Below, piece after piece: positions 24,086 to 32,000 of a stretch of DNA of 32,000 nucleotides. The DNA is from Acaryochloris thomasi RCC1774. GTDB lineage: Bacteria > Cyanobacteriota > Cyanobacteriia > Thermosynechococcales > Thermosynechococcaceae. The number at the start of each line of letters is the position of its first letter. Position 1 is the first letter of the stretch. The stretch spans positions 300,001-332,000 of the forward strand of contig NZ_PQWO01000005.1 of NCBI RefSeq assembly GCF_003231495.1, in the 5' to 3' direction. Under the pieces are notes generated by a model. That model worked only from the letters and a program-made list of their open reading frames with translations. It was not told the DNA's origin and did no database searches. The translations under genes and the position numbers were made by a program.

Positions 24086-25615
24086 CTAGAGACGACGCCA
24101 GCGACGGCCATCTTTATTCATAAGCAGCTCTGCTTCCACTGGCTCCCAGGTACCTGCTTCGTAGGTTGGCACAGAATTAGGATCCGCCGGGGCATCCCAG
24201 GCGGCTAGGGCGGGCGTAAAGACACGCCAGGATTCTTCTACTTCGTCAGCGCGGGTAAACAGGGTTTGATCGCCGAGCATTGCGTCTAGCAACAGGCGAT
24301 CGTAGGCATCCCCCTTCGATTGACCAAAGAAGCTGCCGTAGCTGAAGTCCATATCTACGGAACGGGTCCGCAGGTCGGGACCGGGCATCTTGGCTTCGAA
24401 GCGCAGCGAAATGCCTTCGTTGGGCTGCATTCGCATGGTCAGGACGTTAGGGTTTGCCTGCTGGGCTGCGGACTGAAAAATCAGGAAAGGAACTTCGCGG
24501 AAGTGAATCGAGATTTCGGTGACTTTCTTGGGCATCCGTTTGCCTGAACGCAGATAGAAGGGCACACCCTGCCAGCGCCAGTTATCAATCAGCAGCTTGA
24601 GAGCGACAAAGGTGGGTGTTGTAGAGTTGGGATCAACCCCGGGTTCGTCACGATAGCCATCAACGGGTTCTCCCTTCATCCAGCCCTTAGAATACTGACC
24701 GCGAATGGCTGAGTTTTGCAGCTGATCGGTGTCGGCCAGCCGCATGGCCTGAATTACCTTTACCTTCTCGGTGCGGATACTGTCGGCATCCAGACCGTTG
24801 GGCGGTTCCATCGCAGTCAAGCAGAGAAGCTGCATGACGTGGTTTTGCACCATGTCGCGGAGAGCGCCAGAGCTTTCGTAGTAACCGGCTCGATCTTCGA
24901 CGCCGACCGTTTCAGCGACGGTGATTTGAACATGATCGACAAACTGACGGTTCCACAGCGGTTCAAAAATGGCGTTGGCAAACCGGAACACCAGCAGGTT
25001 CTGAACCGTTTCTTTGCCAAGGTAGTGGTCAATGCGATAGATCTGCTCTTCGGTGCAAACCTCTTGGACAACCTCGTTCAAGGTCTTAGCGGAGCTGAGG
25101 TCACGACCGAAGGGCTTCTCAATGACAAGTCGGGTCTTCACCGGATCAGCCAGCATTTCAGCTTTGCCGAGCTGCTGAATGGCTGTGGCAAAGAACTTCG
25201 GTGAGACAGATAAGTAGAATACGCGGTTGCCCATTGTGCCGCGCATGCCGTCAATTTCTTCGAGGCGATTCTTGAGCTTTTGATAGGATTCGGGATCGTC
25301 AATATTCCCGGAACAGTAAAACAGCCCTTGGGCAAAGTTTTCCCAGAGTTCTTCTGATTGAATGCCGTCGGAAAATTCTTCGACACCTTCGCGCATCTGC
25401 TCACGGAAGTGCTCGTCGCTCCAGTCACGACGAGCGACGCCGACAATGGTGAGTTCTGCAGGTAATCGTCGCTGTTGCTTGAGGTGATAGATGGCGGGAA
25501 CGAGCTTACGCTGGGTGAGATCGCCGGAGGCTCCGAAGATCACCATGATCAGGGGTTCGGGAGTGCGCTCTCGGCGGAGGCCAACGCGAAGGGGGTTTTC
25601 TGCAAGTGTGACCAT
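24086..25615 (-). CDS. zwf: Glucose-6-phosphate 1-dehydrogenase
   Basis: The protein has the NADP site [15 protein letters not shown], the active-site motif RIDHYLGKE, and EKPFG. The ATG at 25615 gives 509 aa. The ORF-track start at 25687 adds an implausible G/W-rich extension. Confidence 0.95.
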   Translation of the reverse strand: MVTLAENPLRVGLRRERTPEPLIMVIFGASGDLTQRKLVPAIYHLKQQRRLPAELTIVGVARRDWSDEHFREQMREGVEEFSDGIQSEELWENFAQGLFYCSGNIDDPESYQKLKNRLEEIDGMRGTMGNRVFYLSVSPKFFATAIQQLGKAEMLADPVKTRLVIEKPFGRDLSSAKTLNEVVQEVCTEEQIYRIDHYLGKETVQNLLVFRFANAIFEPLWNRQFVDHVQITVAETVGVEDRAGYYESSGALRDMVQNHVMQLLCLTAMEPPNGLDADSIRTEKVKVIQAMRLADTDQLQNSAIRGQYSKGWMKGEPVDGYRDEPGVDPNSTTPTFVALKLLIDNWRWQGVPFYLRSGKRMPKKVTEISIHFREVPFLIFQSAAQQANPNVLTMRMQPNEGISLRFEAKMPGPDLRTRSVDMDFSYGSFFGQSKGDAYDRLLLDAMLGDQTLFTRADEVEESWRVFTPALAAWDAPADPNSVPTYEAGTWEPVEAELLMNKDGRRWRRL

Positions 25616-25800
25616 AGAGGCGGAGGGCTTTCGTAACGTCGGGGAATTCAAAACAGAGGTGCTGCACTGGCCCCCCCAACCCCCCAATTTTGGGGGGAGA
25701 GTACCAAAAGTTTGGTCTGGTTTCCCGAAGGGAGTGAGTGCCTATTGAGAAAGCGCTGGCTTTAGCTAACTACCAATGAGTAATAGTGAACCGTGCCAAC

Positions 25801-26943
25801 CTATACCGTGGCTAGTTGTTTAACCTTTTCTTCCAGGGAATTTAACAGTACGTCGAAGGGCTGCACGAATTTATCAATGCCTTCGTTTAGTAGTTCGGCC
25901 ATCACCTGATCGAGATCAATGCCGATCTCTGGGGTGGCAAGGCTATCAATGACCTGATGCGCCTCAGCCAAGCCTTGCTCAACGCGGTTATCAACGTCAC
26001 AGTGATCGGCGCAGGCTTCTAGAGTGTTGGGGGGGAGTGTGTTGACGGTATCAGGGCCGACCAGTTCATCGACATACATGACGTCGCTGTAGGCGGGGTC
26101 TTTGGTGCTGGTGCTGGCCCATAACAGGCGCTGGATGTTGGCTCCCTTGGCTGAGAGTGCTTTCCAACGGTCGGTTTGGATGATCTCTTTGTACTTTTCG
26201 TAGGCGATCTTGGCGTTTGCGATCGCAACCTTCCCCTTCAGCCCTTTCAACTGCTCTGTAAACGCTTCTGTTCCGGCCTTTGCAATCCGCTCATCCAGCA
26301 GGCCATCCACCTTAGAGTCAATCCGACTCAAAAAGAAACTCGCCACCGACGCAATCTTGCTGATGTCTTCGCCCTTCGCCACCCGGGCCTCTAGCCCGCG
26401 AATATAGGCGTAGAAGGTCTCTACATAGCTATCAACAGCAAACAACAGCGTCACGTTCACGTTGATGCCGCTGGCAATCACCTCTTCCACCGCTGGTAGC
26501 CCCGCCTCTGTACCCGGGATCTTAATCATGACGTTCTCGCGCCCAATTTCTTGATAGTAGCGATGGGCTTCTTTAATCGTGGCCGCAGTGTCGTTGGCAA
26601 TATTGGGCGGCACTTCAATACTGACGTAGCCATCTAAACCACCGGATTGTTCATAGAGAGGTTTGAAAACATCGCAGGCATTGCGGATATCGTCAAAAAT
26701 TAGCGATTCATAGATATCCATGACCGATTGCTCGGCCTTGATGCCAATGTTGATGTCACCGTCGTAGGTGGCGTTACCTGCGATCGCCTTTTCAAAAATA
26801 GCTGGGTTTGAAGTGATGCCACGAACACCCTGGTTTTCCATCATCTCCTTCAGTTGGCCGGACTCAATGATGTCGCGGCTGAGATTGTCCATCCAGATAC
26901 TTTGTCCGAATTCTTTGATTTCGAGTAAGTGATTAACTGCCAT
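25801..26943 (-). CDS. tal: Transaldolase (long cyanobacterial type)
   Basis: The sequence contains GQSIWMDNLSRD...VRGITSNPAIFEKAI...VSIEV...MIKIPGT. The ATG at 26943 is preceded by GGAGAG with about 4-nt spacing. Confidence 0.95.
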   Translation of the reverse strand: MAVNHLLEIKEFGQSIWMDNLSRDIIESGQLKEMMENQGVRGITSNPAIFEKAIAGNATYDGDINIGIKAEQSVMDIYESLIFDDIRNACDVFKPLYEQSGGLDGYVSIEVPPNIANDTAATIKEAHRYYQEIGRENVMIKIPGTEAGLPAVEEVIASGINVNVTLLFAVDSYVETFYAYIRGLEARVAKGEDISKIASVASFFLSRIDSKVDGLLDERIAKAGTEAFTEQLKGLKGKVAIANAKIAYEKYKEIIQTDRWKALSAKGANIQRLLWASTSTKDPAYSDVMYVDELVGPDTVNTLPPNTLEACADHCDVDNRVEQGLAEAHQVIDSLATPEIGIDLDQVMAELLNEGIDKFVQPFDVLLNSLEEKVKQLATV

Positions 26944-27063
26944 CGTTCTCTCCAAGTCAATAATAATTGTGAGCTAGGTTTTTACTACACATCCGTTCCC
27001 CCCTTGAGAAGGGGGGCTAGGGGGAATCTCTAGGCGCTCTGCAACACAGCAATATCTCAACGA

Positions 27064-28125
27064 CTAACTTTTCAGCACAGGCTCCTGCTCTCGCACCCGT
27101 TCATCAATAAACGACTTCACCAAAGCAACGTCTTCGGTACTGCCGATGATTAGCGGTGTGCGGGCGTGAAGATAGTCCGGAACGACATCTAACAGAGGAT
27201 GCTTCCCGGTAGAAGCTGCACCACCAGCCTGCTCTAGCAAAAATGCCAAAGGTGCGGACTCATAGAGCAAGCGCAGCTTGCCGTCTGGCTTCTCTACTGT
27301 GCCGGGATAAATGAACACACCGCCCTGCAGCAAAATTCGGTGAAAATCACCCACCAGTGCACCGCTGTAGCGAGCGGTATAGCCTTCATGGCGATGGACA
27401 TAGCGAGTGAAGTCCCGCAGCGCCTCGTCCCACTGCCAGAAGTTCCCTTCATTAACGCTGTAGACAGGACCGTGCTTCGGCACCTGAATACTCTCAGAAG
27501 ATAGGATAAATTCACCAAGACTAGGATCTAGCGTAAAAGCATGGACGCCTTTACCAATGGAGTACACCAGCACCACACTGGGGCCATAGAGAATGTATCC
27601 GGCCGCTAACTGTTGATGACCATCTTGCAGCAGGTTCGCACCATTTTGATCCGGGTCTTCGCCGGTCTGCTGCCGGATCGAAAAGATAGAGCCGACATTG
27701 AGGTTGATATCTACATTAGAAGAGCCATCAATGGGATCGTAGAGCAGCGCATACCGGCCAATGGGGCAGTTCTCAGGAATGTAGTAGGGTTTCTCCATTT
27801 CCTCTGAAGCGAGCTGGCAGACGAGGCCACTTTGCTTGAAGACGGCAATAAACACCTCATTGGCGTAGATGTCCATCTTTTTAACTTCTTCGCCCTGGAC
27901 GTTGGTATCGCCTGTGAACCCTAAAGCGCCTTCGACGAGGTCGGCTCGACTGAGACGGCGGGCAATCAGCTTCCCGGCGAGACCAATGCGCGTCATCAGC
28001 GCACTGAGGTCTTGGGCGTCAGGGCCAAAGCTCTGGAGCTGCTCCAAGATATGACGAGAGAGCGTCGTGCAGTCCCGATCTAATGCGTAGTCGTAAGTGA
28101 TATCTAAATGGGTGTTGTCTGACAT
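27064..28125 (-). CDS. fbp: Fructose-1,6-bisphosphatase class 1
   Basis: The sequence contains [16 protein letters not shown], the metal site [12 protein letters not shown], and GALVGDFHR...[14 protein letters not shown] Shine-Dalgarno lies about 5 nt upstream of the ATG at 28125. It is the first gene of the fbp-tal-zwf-opcA arrangement known from Anabaena/Nostoc and Synechococcus. Confidence 0.95.
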   Translation of the reverse strand: MSDNTHLDITYDYALDRDCTTLSRHILEQLQSFGPDAQDLSALMTRIGLAGKLIARRLSRADLVEGALGFTGDTNVQGEEVKKMDIYANEVFIAVFKQSGLVCQLASEEMEKPYYIPENCPIGRYALLYDPIDGSSNVDINLNVGSIFSIRQQTGEDPDQNGANLLQDGHQQLAAGYILYGPSVVLVYSIGKGVHAFTLDPSLGEFILSSESIQVPKHGPVYSVNEGNFWQWDEALRDFTRYVHRHEGYTARYSGALVGDFHRILLQGGVFIYPGTVEKPDGKLRLLYESAPLAFLLEQAGGAASTGKHPLLDVVPDYLHARTPLIIGSTEDVALVKSFIDERVREQEPVLKS

Positions 28126-28279
28126 TCAGCCTCCCCGTATGGGTATTGCGTCACCGTCGTGAACAGTTGTTACCCTTCCAACTTCCTATCTTAAGGAGGC
28201 ATTTTGAGAATGGGCTGAGTCAGGTCTGAACTATAGGAAACCTTTAGATTCTGAGGTGATAACGGTCGAGGAAGGTCAC

Positions 28280-28621
28280 TCAGCTTGGAGCTTCTGCAAA
28301 TGTCCCCATGGCTCCGAGTCTGATTGTGATTAGTTCTACGTCTGTTAGTGCTTCATGTGGTCCTTGTCGTGTTTCTTTAGGTGTTGTCCAAAAACAGCCT
28401 GCTTCACAGCGTCTACCTCCTGTTTGGATGCTGCCTGAAACGACAAAAACGTATTCGTCAGCGGGATGTGTGTGGACTGGAATAATGGTTCCCTGCTTCA
28501 TCCTGAGGCGATGAATAGATCCTTCTGGGACTGGCTCTGCTAGAACAGCCCAACTGCTACCGGGAAATGCATCTAACGCTGAATATTCCTGTACTGACAA
28601 GTCTTGGAATGTTTGAGCCAT
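28280..28621 (-). CDS. Cupin domain protein (ChrR-like cupin)
   Basis: The 113-aa ORF carries the cupin motif GTIIPVHTHPADEYVFVVSG. Confidence 0.6.
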   Translation of the reverse strand: MAQTFQDLSVQEYSALDAFPGSSWAVLAEPVPEGSIHRLRMKQGTIIPVHTHPADEYVFVVSGSIQTGGRRCEAGCFWTTPKETRQGPHEALTDVELITIRLGAMGTFAEAPS

Positions 28622-28780
28622 GATTTTACCTGCGCGGTCACGAGGACAAGTCTAGAAAGTCAACATTGGGTCTGTAACTTTACTCTGGAGGGTTTCTCAG
28701 CTTTGGACTGTGATTAAGCTGTACAGTAATCGCCAAGGTGGCTGTCCACCCCGTGATCTGTTCAATAACTCTGTGTGAAC

Positions 28781-30205
28781 ATGCTAGTTGCAATTAGCTT
28801 TGTTGTGTTTCTACTGCTGTTCACTGGCGTAGGCTTGTACTCAGCAACCCAAAAACAAGGCACGACCGCTGACTATTTATTAGCGAGTCGAGGCGTTAAT
28901 CCTTGGCTGACAGGTCTATCTGCTTTTGCCACTGCCCACAGTGGCGGCATGTTTATTAGCACAATTGGCTATACCTACACCGCTGGCATTTCTTCGGTGT
29001 GGTTGTTGGTGGGCTGGTTTTTGGGGGACTATCTCACTTGGTTCTTTATCCATAAACGGTTACGGTTGCAATCGGCTGAAGTAGGGGCAGATACCTTTGG
29101 TTCTTTTCTCGGTGCTATTACAAAGGGTGAAAAACCCAATCGTGCGATCGCATCTCTCTCCGCTCTAATTACCCTCGCTTTCCTCGGCTGCTACGCTGCT
29201 GCTCAACTCCTCGCCGGTAGCAAAGCCCTCCACGTTGTTTTTGGCTGGGACTACTCCATCGGCATCATTTTGGGGGCCATCATTGTCGTTCTCTACTGCT
29301 TTTCTGGGGGCATCCGAGCCTCGATTTGGACCGATGCAGTGCAGTCCATCGTCATGATGGGTGCCATGTTTTTATTGATGGGCATCGCTCTTGCAGCCTG
29401 CGGCGGCTTTGGCGGTCTGTGGACTCAGCTCCAGGGACTTGATCCCGCATTGGTTGATCCGGTGCCGAAAGATCTGCAATTTGGCTTTGTATTGTTCTTA
29501 TTGAGCTGGCTGATGGGCGGTGTTGGCGTTGTCGGTCAGCCACATATTATGGTGCGGGCGATGGTGCTGAAGTCCAGTGAGCAGATGGGCATCTCACGCA
29601 ATATCTATGCGGGACTGTACGTTATTTTCTCTACTGCTGCGGTGATTACAGGGCTGACGGCTCGGGTCTTAGTTCCAGGCTTGCTTGAGGGTGGCGATCC
29701 TGAGTTAGCGCTGCCCTTGATGGCCACTGAGCTGCTACCGGGGCTTCTGGTCGGGCTGATTTTGGCCGGGGTCTTCGCCGCCGTCATTTCAACGGCGGAT
29801 TCACAGATCCTGTCTTGTTCGGCGGCTTTGACCCAGGATTTGTTTCCCCAGTGGGCGGGGTCTTATCGATGGGCGAAGCGGGCGACGGTGATTTCAGCGG
29901 GGCTGATAGTTGCGATCGCACTTTCCAGCAACAAAAATATGTTTGCCCTCGGCGTGTTTGCTTGGTCGGCCCTTGCCTGTGGCCTCGGGCCGCTGCTGAT
30001 GGTGCGCGTTTTTGCGTTGCCCGTTAGCCCAGCCGTGGGAGCTGCGATGATGACGACAGGTGTCGCCGTCGCAGCTATTTGGAATGCTGTCCTTAAGTTC
30101 TCGGGATCGGTCTACGAAGTCTTGCCAGGGATGCTGGCGGGGGGGGCAGTCTACCTGCTTGCTTGGCTGTGGAAGAGACAGCATGTACAGGAGTCTGAGA
30201 TCTAA
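28781..30205 (+). CDS. Sodium:solute symporter family (SSF) transporter
   Basis: The protein has about 12-13 TM helices and SSF-type motifs: YLLASRGVNPWLTGLSAFAT, GGIRASIWTDAVQ, VISTADSQIL. A GTG at 28775 is an alternative start. Confidence 0.85.
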   Translation: MLVAISFVVFLLLFTGVGLYSATQKQGTTADYLLASRGVNPWLTGLSAFATAHSGGMFISTIGYTYTAGISSVWLLVGWFLGDYLTWFFIHKRLRLQSAEVGADTFGSFLGAITKGEKPNRAIASLSALITLAFLGCYAAAQLLAGSKALHVVFGWDYSIGIILGAIIVVLYCFSGGIRASIWTDAVQSIVMMGAMFLLMGIALAACGGFGGLWTQLQGLDPALVDPVPKDLQFGFVLFLLSWLMGGVGVVGQPHIMVRAMVLKSSEQMGISRNIYAGLYVIFSTAAVITGLTARVLVPGLLEGGDPELALPLMATELLPGLLVGLILAGVFAAVISTADSQILSCSAALTQDLFPQWAGSYRWAKRATVISAGLIVAIALSSNKNMFALGVFAWSALACGLGPLLMVRVFALPVSPAVGAAMMTTGVAVAAIWNAVLKFSGSVYEVLPGMLAGGAVYLLAWLWKRQHVQESEI

Positions 30206-30274
30206 GCGATTGATGCCCACGGCTTTGACCCTGTTCAGTCCTTAGATCGACTAACTTTGATGTCAGCCCTCTGC

Positions 30275-31192
30275 TTAACACTGCTGGATTTGTTGCTGAA
30301 CCGTACGAGCGCAGTTTTGGAATGCCAGCACTTCCTTCTCATTCAACCGAGTTTCAATGCGGCGATGTACACCTGAGCGACCGACAGCACAAGGAACACT
30401 CAAGCAGCAGTTAAAGACATCGCAGTACCCCTCCATCAAGACACTGACGGGTAGCGTGTATCTCAGATCCTCTACGATGCTGCGAACAATTAGTTTGACA
30501 GCTAAAGACACGGTGTAGTTGGTATAGCCCTTGGCTTGGAAGATTTTCCAAGCAGAATGCTTAGCATCTTCTACCATCTGTTGGCGTAAAGGATCTGCAT
30601 TAATTGGTTCACCACCGATAGTGGCAGAGCTGAGGGCCGCAAACTGGCTGTCTCCGTGTTCCCCCAAAATATAGGCGTTGATATCTAAGGGGTGGATGCC
30701 GAGTTGCGTTGATAAAAGGTCGCGGAATCGTGCTGAGTCGATCAAGGTGCCGGTTCCAATAACCTGCTGCCAGTCGATTTGATCAGTGTGTTGCCGAGCA
30801 ATTTGTAAAATCTCGTAGGTCAAGGCATCAACCGGGTTACTGACGTTGATAAAGATGGCATTGGGGCTGTAGCTAGCAAGAGGAGGAATCAGGGTACGCA
30901 TGATTTGACTGTTGTGCGACAGCAGCTCACTGCGATTTTGCATCTGTTTAGGCATGGGGGCACTCGCCACGATGATGATAATGCCGGATTCAGCCGTATC
31001 CTCCAGCTCTCCATCCCGAACAATGAGCCGATAGGACGTCAGCGCTAATGCTTGCTGAATATCAGTAGCTTCAGCACGAGCAATATCTCGTGTGCGGTTG
31101 TAGAGAATTAACTCCGTAGCCAAGCCGTCTTGTGCCAGGACGAAGCTGATCGTTGATCCAACGTTACCGATGCCGATGACAGAAATTTTCAT
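30275..31192 (-). CDS. L-lactate/malate dehydrogenase family 2-hydroxyacid dehydrogenase (LDH-like)
   Basis: The ATG at 31192 gives the Rossmann motif MKISVIGIGNVGSTISF. The catalytic His lies in LGEHGDSQF and the family Arg in QNRSELL. The substrate-loop sequence is atypical (see findings). Confidence 0.8.
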   Translation of the reverse strand: MKISVIGIGNVGSTISFVLAQDGLATELILYNRTRDIARAEATDIQQALALTSYRLIVRDGELEDTAESGIIIIVASAPMPKQMQNRSELLSHNSQIMRTLIPPLASYSPNAIFINVSNPVDALTYEILQIARQHTDQIDWQQVIGTGTLIDSARFRDLLSTQLGIHPLDINAYILGEHGDSQFAALSSATIGGEPINADPLRQQMVEDAKHSAWKIFQAKGYTNYTVSLAVKLIVRSIVEDLRYTLPVSVLMEGYCDVFNCCLSVPCAVGRSGVHRRIETRLNEKEVLAFQNCARTVQQQIQQC

Positions 31193-31573
31193 ACATAGAT
31201 CCTGTAATGCTGGCTGCTCACCTATAAAGACGACGGATTGAATAAAACCGCTGTGAGATCGCAGCTTTAAAAACGATCTCAGCTTCCTCATCGTGTTTTT
31301 GTCGTATTTGATGTCGCTAAACTTGTTGCGTGGGGACGGGGTTGTTAGGGATTAGGGGGACATTCAGAATTGATAGGGCCTACAGCTTAGATCAAGCAGG
31401 CTAGGTATGGGATTCCCATCTGACTCACGGAGGATTGGAGAGCGTTTGCGATCGCATCCCATACTCCCTTCTCAATGCAAAAACTATTCATCAGCCCTTA
31501 AAGCGTTGTTAACGTAACGGTTTCTATTAAGATTGACGCTTATCCTAAATAGTACAGTTGCGCCCTAAGCACG

Positions 31574-32000
31574 ATGGCTAAAAACAAGGCTCAAGAAAAA
31601 CTGCCGAAAAGCTTGGCTAACGGCAAAGCACCCGCTGCTGAGAAAAAAGCCACGAGCACAAACAAAAGTAAGCCTCCGAAGAAGCTCAAAAAAGATATCT
31701 ATGCAGAAGAGCTGAAGCGTCTGCAGATTGAGCTAGTCAAGCTCCAGGCATGGGTCAAACACAAAGGCTTAAAAGTTGTCGTTCTCTTTGAAGGCCGCGA
31801 TGCTGCCGGAAAAGGAGGCGCGATCAAGCGCATCACCGAATGCCTCAATCCTCGTATTTGCAAAGTGGCAGCTTTAGGGACCCCTACCGAACGCGAGAAA
31901 ACCCAGTGGTACTTTCAGCGCTACGTTGCCCATCTGCCCGCAGCCGGAGAGATTGTGCTCTTTGATCGCAGTTGGTATAACCGGGCCGGGGTTGAACGAG
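31574..32000 (+). CDS. ppk2: Polyphosphate kinase 2 (PPK2) family protein, 3' end outside the window
   Basis: The ORF starts at the ATG at 31574 and runs open to the window edge. It has a Lys-rich N-terminus, then [15 protein letters not shown] (P-loop) and [13 protein letters not shown], both characteristic of PPK2. Confidence 0.85.
   Translation, partial: MAKNKAQEKLPKSLANGKAPAAEKKATSTNKSKPPKKLKKDIYAEELKRLQIELVKLQAWVKHKGLKVVVLFEGRDAAGKGGAIKRITECLNPRICKVAALGTPTEREKTQWYFQRYVAHLPAAGEIVLFDRSWYNRAGVER

Noticed and set aside
28193-28218. A strong plus-strand AAGGAGG is followed 10 nt later by ATG-GGC-TGA.
   Set aside because: It is a two-codon mini-ORF with an immediate stop. The AAGGAGG is better explained as the complement of a possible anti-SD in the minus-strand fbp leader.
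1-32000. I searched for tRNA, rRNA, CRISPR, riboswitch, retron/DGR and toxin-antitoxin signatures.
   Set aside because: I saw no cloverleaf-like or rRNA-like stretches, no repeat-spacer arrays, no reverse transcriptase, and no small adjacent gene pairs typical of TA modules in intergenic or coding regions. Absence is judged by eye only. tRNAscan-SE or Infernal would be decisive.

Overview
The window is a cyanobacterial chromosomal segment. I counted 18 HIP1 octamers (GCGATCGC) by eye. It carries the fbp-tal-zwf-opcA oxidative pentose phosphate operon, rpe, and several families typical of cyanobacteria (DUF3747-like, DUF423, NnrU/Z-ISO-like, M50 EGY-like protease). I support about 30 protein-coding genes. 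I found no rRNA, tRNA, CRISPR array, transposase or integrase. Most of the window is ordinary core metabolism, and five places look accessory or unusual. (1) At the left edge, a 5'-truncated AAA+ ATPase is translationally coupled to a protein with a P-loop-less N-terminal domain and eight near-identical 120-bp (40-aa) TPR-like repeats; this is my best candidate for an undescribed NTPase plus repeat-sensor module, but it is cut by the window edge. (2) One gene fuses a degenerate EAL domain to a WecG/TagA/CpsF glycosyltransferase domain. (3) A low-GC segment (about 19650-22690) holds a two-partner-secretion TpsA exoprotein with no TpsB in the window, and a small Cys-rich ORF. It ends at a decayed duplicate of the opcA 3' end. 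(4) A low-GC orphan sulfotransferase lies at 15002-15811. (5) The spacers of the fbp-tal-zwf-opcA operon contain G/C-tract hairpins and direct repeats. All family assignments come from motif recognition by eye. No BLAST, HMM or folding computation was run.
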